Below are positions 50,901 through 56,835 of a stretch of 56,835 nt of DNA, piece after piece. The translations under genes and the position numbers were made by a program. Each line of letters starts with the position of its first letter. Positions within the stretch are counted from its first letter, which is position 1. This DNA is from Halomicronema sp. GTDB lineage: Bacteria; Cyanobacteriota; Cyanobacteriia; Cyanobacteriales; Oscillatoriaceae. The notes beneath the pieces are model-generated. The model was not told the origin of the DNA, did not search any database, and saw only the letters and a program-made list of their open reading frames with translations. The stretch covers positions 1 through 56,835 of the forward strand of contig DATNQM010000011.1 in assembly GCA_036704045.1 (NCBI GenBank). Direction: 5' to 3'.

Positions 50901-51008
50901 TTGACAAAGATTTTCAATAACCGTTATAGTTATTTTCAGTGTTCTCCTCTCTAAGGATCGGCAGGCGGGATCGGTGAGTCATCGTTGACAGATCCCGTGC
51001 TTTTTTTT
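50901..51008 (+). promoter_or_regulatory. candidate sigma70-type promoter (TTGACA-18-TATAGT) driving a ~70-nt hairpin+T8 unit 80 nt upstream of crtH: either an sRNA or a leader attenuator
   Basis: TTGACA at 50901-50906 and TATAGT at 50925-50930. GGGATC…GATCCC stem at 50967-50996 followed by T8 at 51001-51008. Confidence 0.3.
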
Positions 51009-51087
51009 CGGGTAGGCTTCTCTAATCGTGGCAAAGCTGTACACTCAAAAATAATTCACGCACTTCTTTAAAATTTCAGATTTCCCC

Positions 51088-52653
51088 ATGCCAGCTTCTG
51101 CTCAAAATAAAGCCACCCTCAACCCCATCCCCTCCCAGGGGCCGGCGGAGGGTCAATCTGATCAAACCTTTGATGTTATCGTTATTGGGTCTGGAATTGG
51201 CGGCTTAGTAACTGCAACCCAACTGGCCAGCAAAGGTGCAAAAGTCCTCGTTTTGGAAAGTTATCTTATCCCTGGTGGTAGCGCCGGCTACTTTGACCGT
51301 GAAGGGTATCGTTTTGATGTTGGTGCCTCAATGATTTTTGGTTTTGGTAGTAAAGGCACCACTAATTTACTGACCAGAGCGCTTTCAGCGGTCAACGTCA
51401 GCCTTGAAACAATTCCTGATCCTGTTCAAATTCACTATCATTTACCCAATGACTTAGAGCTACAAGTACATCGGGATTATGAGAAGTTTTTGCAAGAACT
51501 AATAGAACGCTTTCCCCATGAACGGCAAGGCATCCGTCAGTTTTATGATGAGTGTTGGAAAGTGTTTAACTGCCTCAACGCTATGGAACTTCTATCGTTA
51601 GAGGAACCTCGCTATTTAATGAGGGCATTTTTCCAGCATCCGCTGGCTTGCTTGGGTTTGGTAAAATATTTGCCGGTGAATGCTGGAGATATTGCCCGTA
51701 AATTCATTAGTGACCCAGAGTTGTTGAGGTTTATTGACATTGAGTGTTACTGTTGGTCGGTGGTACCGGCAGATATGACACCAATGATTAATGCCGGTAT
51801 GGTATTTTCTGACCGGCACTATGGCGGAATTAATTATCCTAAAGGCGGAGTCGGCCAAATTGCTCAAAAACTGGCAGATGGTTTAGAAAAAGCCGGTTCA
51901 CAAATCCGCTATAAATCAAAAGTCACTAAAATTATCACCGAAAAAGGCCGTGCTGTTGGTGTGCAATTAACGAGTGGGGAAGTGTACAAAGCCAAGCGAA
52001 TTGTTTCTAATGCAACTCGTTGGGATACCTTTGAAAAACTTTTGCCGGCTACAGAAATACCTTTTGCTGAGCAGAAATGGCAAGAACGTTATAAAAAGTC
52101 ACCAAGTTTTTTAAGTTTGCATTTGGGGGTGAAGGAAGATTTAATACCGGCCGGTACTGCTTGCCATCATATTCTGCTGGAAAAATGGGAAAAAATGGAA
52201 CAGCCAGAAGGCACCATTTTTGTTTCAATTCCTACATTGCTTGATCCAGATTTAGCACCAAAAGGTTATCACATCATCCATGCTTTTACACCAAGTTGGA
52301 TGAATGACTGGGAAGATTTATCAATGAGTGAATATGAAGATAAAAAAGAGGAGGCTGGGTGGCGTGTAATTGACAGCCTAGAGAAGATTTTTCCGGGGTT
52401 AGATAAACAATTAGACTTTATGGAAATAGGGACTGCGCGCTCACACCGGCGCTTTTTAGGACGGGAAGATGGAACCTACGGGCCCATTCCTCAACGCAAA
52501 CTTAAGGGGTTATTAGGAATGCCTTTTAACCGCACATCAATTCCCGGTTTATATTGTGTTGGAGATAGCACATTTCCGGGGCAAGGATTAAACGCTGTGG
52601 CATTTTCTGGCTTTGCTTGTGCTCATCGCATTGCTGTTGATTTAGGATTGTAA
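51088..52653 (+). CDS. crtH: carotenoid cis-trans isomerase (prolycopene isomerase)
   Basis: Near-colinear with Synechocystis CrtH as I recall it ([19 protein letters not shown]…GASMIFGFG…[12 protein letters not shown]…[11 protein letters not shown]…[24 protein letters not shown]). Confidence 0.9.
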   Translation: MPASAQNKATLNPIPSQGPAEGQSDQTFDVIVIGSGIGGLVTATQLASKGAKVLVLESYLIPGGSAGYFDREGYRFDVGASMIFGFGSKGTTNLLTRALSAVNVSLETIPDPVQIHYHLPNDLELQVHRDYEKFLQELIERFPHERQGIRQFYDECWKVFNCLNAMELLSLEEPRYLMRAFFQHPLACLGLVKYLPVNAGDIARKFISDPELLRFIDIECYCWSVVPADMTPMINAGMVFSDRHYGGINYPKGGVGQIAQKLADGLEKAGSQIRYKSKVTKIITEKGRAVGVQLTSGEVYKAKRIVSNATRWDTFEKLLPATEIPFAEQKWQERYKKSPSFLSLHLGVKEDLIPAGTACHHILLEKWEKMEQPEGTIFVSIPTLLDPDLAPKGYHIIHAFTPSWMNDWEDLSMSEYEDKKEEAGWRVIDSLEKIFPGLDKQLDFMEIGTARSHRRFLGREDGTYGPIPQRKLKGLLGMPFNRTSIPGLYCVGDSTFPGQGLNAVAFSGFACAHRIAVDLGL

Positions 52654-52718
52654 TTTTTTGCCCAGGCAATACGCTTGTCTGGGTTTTTTGTTCCAATACT
52701 TAACCTGAAAATATCAAC

Positions 52719-53771
52719 ATGAATACAACAGAACCAATACAAAAAGAACCTTGGCTGGCAGTTAATTTATCCAAAATATTCCCTGGAGTTGGACAAATTT
52801 ATGCCGGCAATGTATTGAGGGGAATTTTTTGGATAATTGCTAATATTGGTTTGTTAATTTTTTTAATTTATTCCTTAATCAATCCTCAAATAAATTTGGG
52901 AATAACTTTAATATTTACAGGGATTTATTTATTCTTGACTGTAGCAAACTTTTTTGATGCTTATCGCTGTGCAAAAAAAGCAAATCAGCCGCACTTTGAA
53001 AGTCAAAGAAAAAGCAGCAAAGACCCCTGGCTGGCTGTATTTTGGACATCTTTTATTTTAGGGGCCGGTCATCTTTATATCAAAAAAACATTAATAGGTT
53101 GTGCTTTGTTATTTTTTTGGGTCTTAGGATTAATTATTCCCCCGCTAGGAGTGTTGCAAATTTTATTAACTCCCTTTATTGCTTATCACGCCTATAAAGC
53201 TACTCCTACCAATCGGCCAAAATCCCAAAAATATCTTAAAAGTTTGATAGCATTAGTAATAATTTTGCCATTGATAATTTCTGTGGTTACGAGTATATGC
53301 CTCAGATTGTATATCGCTGAAGGCCGCTATATTCCTGCGGGTTCTATGCAGCCAACACTAGAAATCAATGACCGCTTAATCATTGATAAAACAATCTATC
53401 AATTCCAAGAACCAAAACGGGGAGATATAGTAGTTTTTGATCCTACAGAAAGCCTCATTCAGCAAAATTTTACAGATGCTTTTATCAAGCGTGTAATAGG
53501 TCTAGGCGGAGAAAAAATTGAGGTAAAACAAGGCCAAGTTTATATCAATAATCAGCCTTTAAAAGAAAGCTATATTGCAGATAAACCCAATTACCAATAC
53601 GGCCCAATAACAGTACCCCAAAACGAGTATTTTGTTCTAGGAGATAACCGAAATAATTCTTATGATAGCCATTATTGGGGATTTGTACCAAGGCAAAATA
53701 TTATTGGAAAGGCAGTTAAAAAGTTTTGGCCTCCTGAGAGCATTGGGCCTATTGAAGAAGTGAACTATTAA
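52719..53771 (+). CDS. lepB: signal peptidase I with a ~190-aa N-terminal duplicated transmembrane module
   Basis: C-terminal S26 domain (GSMQPTL…RGDIVVF…IKRVIGLGGE…VLGDNRNNSYDSHYWGFVP). The N-terminal half contains two related units, EPWLAVNLSKIFPGVGQIYAGNVLRG and DPWLAVFWTSFILGAGHLYIKKTLIG. Confidence 0.85.
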   Translation: MNTTEPIQKEPWLAVNLSKIFPGVGQIYAGNVLRGIFWIIANIGLLIFLIYSLINPQINLGITLIFTGIYLFLTVANFFDAYRCAKKANQPHFESQRKSSKDPWLAVFWTSFILGAGHLYIKKTLIGCALLFFWVLGLIIPPLGVLQILLTPFIAYHAYKATPTNRPKSQKYLKSLIALVIILPLIISVVTSICLRLYIAEGRYIPAGSMQPTLEINDRLIIDKTIYQFQEPKRGDIVVFDPTESLIQQNFTDAFIKRVIGLGGEKIEVKQGQVYINNQPLKESYIADKPNYQYGPITVPQNEYFVLGDNRNNSYDSHYWGFVPRQNIIGKAVKKFWPPESIGPIEEVNY

Positions 53772-53865
53772 TTGGATAATCGAAAAAACACGGCTTGAAA
53801 TAACTAGCAAGCTTGTGGTTTCAAGAATTTTTTAATTAAGCAAGGTGGCTACGGCATTGTAAGGA

Positions 53866-53948
53866 GGGTGCATTCTTTCCCCCAGCCCCCTGTACCAAGG
53901 CATTCCCTCTCTTACTCCCCCCTTACCAAGGGGGGCTGGGGGGGTTAA
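53866..53948. repeat. C6/G6-stem palindromic repeat block (…TTTCCCCCAGCCCCC…CCCCCCTTACCAAGGGGGGCTGGGGGGG)
   Basis: First block of the same family found at 54343-54443 and 55323-55445. It contains the palindrome CCCCCCTTACCAAGGGGGG. Confidence 0.7.
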
Positions 53949-53979
53949 CCTAAGAAAATACTAAAATTCAACCACACCG

Positions 53980-54333
53980 ATGACTCAACTTTATAACAAA
54001 ACATCCGAGAAAGCGAAACGGCAACAGCTTCGACGGAATATGACAAAAGCTGAATTGATCATGTGGCAAAAACTCAAAGGTAAGCAGCTTGAAGGATATA
54101 AGTTTCGCCGTCAATACAGTGTCAGTTCATTTGTCATCGATTTTTATTGCACCGAACTTAAACTAGCAATAGAAATTGATGGAGACAGTCATTTTGAAGA
54201 TGGTGCCCAAGAATATGACCGGCAGAGGCAGGCTTTTATTGAGTCTGTTGGGATTAGATTTTTAAGGTTTACTAATGATGAGGTGTATGGGAATTTGGAG
54301 GGGATTATTCAAAAGATTGGGGAATTAAGGTGA
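53980..54333 (+). CDS. DUF559 endonuclease-domain protein (Vsr-like fold)
   Basis: 117 aa with the DUF559 pattern (…YKFRRQ…FVIDFYC…LAIEIDGDSHFE…DRQRQAFIESVGIRFLRF). Confidence 0.8.
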   Translation: MTQLYNKTSEKAKRQQLRRNMTKAELIMWQKLKGKQLEGYKFRRQYSVSSFVIDFYCTELKLAIEIDGDSHFEDGAQEYDRQRQAFIESVGIRFLRFTNDEVYGNLEGIIQKIGELR

Positions 54334-54342
54334 GTGATGAGT

Positions 54343-54443
54343 TGTTGATTTTACCCCTCCAGAGCCCCAAGACTACCCCCCTAGCCCCCCTTGGTAAGGG
54401 GGGAGTATTCTTTCCCCCCAGAGCCCCAAGACTACCCCCCTAG
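54343..54443. repeat. Two tandem ~60-bp units of the C6/G6 repeat family (GAGTATTCTTTCCCCCCAGAGCCCCAAGACTACCCCCCTAGCCCCCCTTGGTAAGGGGGG), the second interrupted by the IS
   Basis: Direct sequence identity between the two units and with the units at 55323-55445. Confidence 0.7.
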
Positions 54444-54499
54444 GGTGTGTTTTCAAACTCGCTGTATCCTAGAAAATAGAAAATGGCAAACACTTAAAA

Positions 54500-54871
54500 G
54501 TGATGAACCGAGGAGACTTAAGTAACGAACAGTGGGAGAGGTTAACACCCCTACTTCCTCTACTCAAACCCCGAACAGGTAAACCAAATCACGACCACCG
54601 ACAAGTGGTGAACGGCATTCTCTGGATACTCAGAACTGGGGCTCCCTGGCGAGATCTGCCAGAACGTTATGGAAAATGGCAAAGTGTGGCCACAAGATTC
54701 TATCGCTGGCAAAAAGCTAATATTTGGCAGCAAATCTTAGAACATCTCCAAGCCGATGCTGATCTCCAAGGAAACTTAGATTGGGAGGTTCATTATGTCG
54801 ATGGCACAGTAATTCGCGCACACCAGCACGCAGCGGGTGGAAAAAAGGGGGCCAAGTTGAGGAGAAACTAG
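54500..54871 (+). CDS. IS5-family transposase OrfA (DNA-binding N-terminal part)
   Basis: DUF4096-like N-terminus (LSNEQWERLTPLLP…GAPWRDLPERYGKW), ending just after the A7G slippery site. Confidence 0.8.
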   Translation: MMNRGDLSNEQWERLTPLLPLLKPRTGKPNHDHRQVVNGILWILRTGAPWRDLPERYGKWQSVATRFYRWQKANIWQQILEHLQADADLQGNLDWEVHYVDGTVIRAHQHAAGGKKGAKLRRN

Positions 54872-55308
54872 GTCGTTCTCCTGGTGGGTTTAGTACAAAA
54901 ATACATATACGTTGTGAAGGTCAAGGTAAACCGCTTACTTTTTTACTCAGTCCAGGTCAACGTAACGAATCAATATTTTTGGAACCGTTAATGGAACAAG
55001 GAGCCGTCAAACGTTCCGGGCCAGGTCGTCCCCGTATCCGTCCACAAAGGGTCGTAGGAGACAAAGGCTACACAGGTCGTCGCATCCGTAGTTATCTACG
55101 CCGTAGAGGTATCCGTTTTACCATCCCACGACTTTCAAATGAACCACGTCGGGGTTCAGAGAGCCGTGAAATCTATCGTCAACGCAATATTGTTGAACGT
55201 GCTATCAACCGACTCAAGCAATTTCGTCGCCTCGCTACTCGATATGAGAAGCTAGCTGCAAATTATACAGCCATGATTACGGTTGCCTGCATTCTGCTGT
55301 GGTTGTAG
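54781..55308 (+). CDS. IS5-family transposase OrfB (DDE catalytic part, expressed by -1 frameshift from OrfA)
   Basis: DDE_Tnp_1-like C-terminus (VVGDKGYTG…NIVERAINRLKQFRRLATRYEKLAANYTAMITVACI). Frame is -1 relative to OrfA, overlapping it at the A7G motif. Confidence 0.8.
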   Translation: MGGSLCRWHSNSRTPARSGWKKGGQVEEKLGRSPGGFSTKIHIRCEGQGKPLTFLLSPGQRNESIFLEPLMEQGAVKRSGPGRPRIRPQRVVGDKGYTGRRIRSYLRRRGIRFTIPRLSNEPRRGSESREIYRQRNIVERAINRLKQFRRLATRYEKLAANYTAMITVACILLWL

Positions 55309-55322
55309 TTTGAAAACACGCC

Positions 55323-55445
55323 CTAGCCCCCCTTGGTAAGGGGGGTGCATTCTTTCCCCCCAGTCCCCCTTGGTAAGGGGGGAGTATTCTTTCCCCCCAG
55401 CGCCCCAAGACTACCCCCCCAGCCCCCCTTATTAAGGGGGGAGTA
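55323..55445. repeat. Two further tandem units of the C6/G6 repeat family, including the palindromes CCCCCCTTGGTAAGGGGGG and CCCCCCTTATTAAGGGGGG
   Basis: Direct identity with the units at 54343-54443. Confidence 0.7.
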
Positions 55446-55762
55446 AGATGTTAATTTCAGGTATCGACTAGAACTGCGTGGGTTCCTCCCCACACAAAAG
55501 CGAATCGCATACAGTGGGCGCTTCACCATCGCTCATCTCTCGACAAAAAGCGATCACTCTGGCGTAAAGAAAAAGCGAGCGCTTTTGTGCCATCACTAAG
55601 ACGTGCGATCTGCTTGCAGCAGCGCTTCGCTATCGCACTCAATCTCCCATCATCTACCGTGATCACAATAAAACGTAGGGTGGGTTAGCGACAGCGTAAC
55701 CCACCGAGTTTAATGATAGGGATGGTGCGTTACTTCGTTAACGCACCCTACAAGATAGGTGA

Positions 55763-55933
55763 TCGCACTTTATCGCTTCTGTCCCTCAGTTGGCAGGATG
55801 TCATACACAAGCCAAATCTTTAGATGAGTTGATGGAACGTATCCGAGAAGCTATCGAGCTCTGTTTGGAATTTCAAGAGGAACAGGATTCATTGGATTTT
55901 GTGGGTGTGCAACGAATTGCAGTTGAAGTATGA
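55763..55933 (+). pseudogene. N-terminally truncated hicB-family antitoxin remnant (…VPQLAGCHTQAKSLDELMERIREAIELCLEF…)
   Basis: Open frame without a start codon until an internal ATG at 55832. It matches the HicB core (VPxLPGCxSQG…EAIELYLE pattern) but lacks the first beta-strand region, and its stop overlaps the hicA ATG (ATGA). Confidence 0.5.
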
Positions 55934-56031
55934 GCCAACTGCCAAGTTTAACAGGACGCGAAGTTATAGCATCACTTGGTAAAATAGGTTTTAAAGTTGC
56001 TAGGGTGCGTGGAAGTCATCATCAGCGATAA
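55930..56031 (+). pseudogene. C-terminally truncated hicA-family toxin remnant (MSQLPSLTGREVIASLGKIGFKVARVRGSHHQR*)
   Basis: HicA N-terminal motif (…G…RxxGSHH) followed by a premature stop. The missing C-terminal ~25 aa region is overlapped by the convergent ORF 56022..56453. Confidence 0.5.
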
Positions 56032-56453
56032 ATTACACGTACACGAATAGATTGACTGATGGTATCATTTGGAGTTACCGAATTTATTACGATTATCGGA
56101 TATCTATTAAAGTCTCTAGATATACATGTTTTCGTCTTGGGGCCAGGAAAGAATCTTTCCTGTTTTAGTTCAGAAGTGCTCGTGTCTACTACAATTACGG
56201 TACCGAAAAAGTTATCACTTGTCTCGAAACAAATTAATGTCTGCCCATAACCGGGTGGTGTAAACTCCAATTGCTCTTCAGGACCGAGAGTCTTGTTGTC
56301 TACTAAAATCGTTTCTGCTAAGGCTGTACCAACGACACCAAAAGAAATTCCAACAGTAGTGATTAAAACTGCCGGTAGTTTTTTGACAATAATCATACGA
56401 CAATACCTTTTTTGTGTAAATTTACGTTGAATAGGGGTTTTTTCTTCCTCCAT
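56022..56453 (-). CDS. hypothetical secreted/membrane-anchored protein
   Basis: Hydrophobic signal/anchor (LPAVLITTVGISFGVVGTALA) then a ~100-aa beta-rich-looking domain; no family recognised. Its 3' end overlaps the hicA remnant. Confidence 0.4.
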   Translation of the reverse strand: MEEEKTPIQRKFTQKRYCRMIIVKKLPAVLITTVGISFGVVGTALAETILVDNKTLGPEEQLEFTPPGYGQTLICFETSDNFFGTVIVVDTSTSELKQERFFPGPKTKTCISRDFNRYPIIVINSVTPNDTISQSIRVRVIYR

Positions 56454-56527
56454 TAATTAGACGTTGCCCAACCCCAATTTGGGAATTTTTCGAGTTACGA
56501 GCAACTTTTCTCCCCACAAATTCACTG

Positions 56528-56835
56528 TCAAACCCTAGAACCTTTCGCCTTCTTACCCTTCAACCGGCGCAAACTCTTCTCAACTTCCCCACGCGCTGGA
56601 TACAACAACTGCTGACTCAACGCACTTTCATACGCCTGTATCGCCCCCAACTTATCCCTCAACCCCACCAAAGCTCTCCCTAACCAGTAATCAGCCATAG
56701 CCGGGTTAAACTTTCTCAATTCCTGACATCCCTCACCGGCAACTTTCCACCAGCGCTGACTAGCCTCAACATCCCCCAACACCTCGTAACTCTCCGCCAA
56801 CCACACCGCCGCCGGCACGAATTGCAGAGAAATTC
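56528..56835 (-). CDS. TPR-like protein, 5' end beyond the window edge
   Basis: Helical repeat pattern (WLAESYEVLGDVEASQRWWKVA…YWLGRALVGLRDKLGAIQAYESAL). The ORF is open to the last base of the window. Confidence 0.4.
   Translation of the reverse strand, partial: ISLQFVPAAVWLAESYEVLGDVEASQRWWKVAGEGCQELRKFNPAMADYWLGRALVGLRDKLGAIQAYESALSQQLLYPARGEVEKSLRRLKGKKAKGSRV

Larger units (their letters stand above)
54440..55326 (+). mobile_element. IS5-family insertion sequence (IS427/IS1031-like, ~880 bp) with 15-bp imperfect terminal inverted repeats, CTAG (or TAG) target duplication, and a two-ORF transposase joined by an A7G -1 frameshift
   Basis: IR-L GGTGTGTTTTCAAAC (54444-54458) and IR-R GGCGTGTTTTCAAAC (reverse complement of 55308-55322). 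CTAG flanks at 54440-54443 and 55323-55326 reconstruct an intact repeat unit. GGAAAAAAAGGGGG slippery site at ~54838. Confidence 0.85.

Noticed and set aside
53866-55445. Possible CRISPR array because of repeated G/C-rich units
   Set aside because: Units are palindromic, of irregular spacing, contain no unique spacers of uniform length, and no cas genes are present. They behave as a dispersed or tandem repeat family.
55323-55529. 68-aa minus-strand ORF (Gly/Pro-rich)
   Set aside because: It lies entirely within the C6/G6 repeat block. Its composition is dictated by the homopolymer tracts, so it is not a gene.

Overview
This window reads as cyanobacterial chromosome. It is AT-rich with very AT-rich intergenic spacers, and it carries psaC, crtH, ycf19/yggT, an ABA4-like DUF4281 gene, and the acpP-fabF-tktA arrangement typical of cyanobacteria. 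Most of the window is housekeeping, with 38 coding sequences, 7 hypothetical ORFs and one partial CDS at each window edge: ubiD-family decarboxylase, tktA, fabF, acpP, an HdrB-like CCG protein, psaC, glmS, gatA, an unsplit dnaE, a CobN-family chelatase, aroE, upp, crtH and lepB. I found no rRNA, no CRISPR array, and could not recognise a tRNA by eye. The most interesting locus is 24.5-29.2 kb. It is a partner-switching module: a stand-alone STAS antagonist, a GAF/PAS sensor fused to a PP2C (SpoIIE/RsbU-type) phosphatase, and an RsbW-type HATPase kinase. Its operon partner is a STAS domain fused directly to a PglC-type phosphoglycosyl-transferase, not a sigma factor. This predicts phospho-switch control of the first committed step of a polysaccharide pathway. 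Other notable items are a vertebrate-type protein-arginine deiminase (PAD) homologue with a signal-peptide-like N-terminus, a divergent Ser/Thr kinase-WD40 protein beside a long flotillin/SPFH protein, and a signal peptidase I with a duplicated N-terminal transmembrane module. There is also an orphan TpsB (ShlB/FhaC) transporter near a secreted LRR protein, and an unannotated 31-codon transmembrane ORF with a strong Shine-Dalgarno sequence in a 780-bp gap. Three repeat families are present: GGTGGGCAT[A/T]GCCCACCTTAC hairpins sitting on start codons, C6/G6-stem CCCCCCTTGGTAAGGGGGG arrays, and a 117-bp MITE-like unit. At 53.8-56.0 kb there is a small mobile/degenerate island: a DUF559 gene bracketed by the C6/G6 repeats, an IS5-family element with intact inverted repeats, a CTAG target duplication and an A7G frameshift site, a GC-richer segment with two covarying 9-bp hairpins, and truncated hicB/hicA toxin-antitoxin remnants. 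All product calls are inferred from motifs I recognise in the supplied translations. No database search was run.
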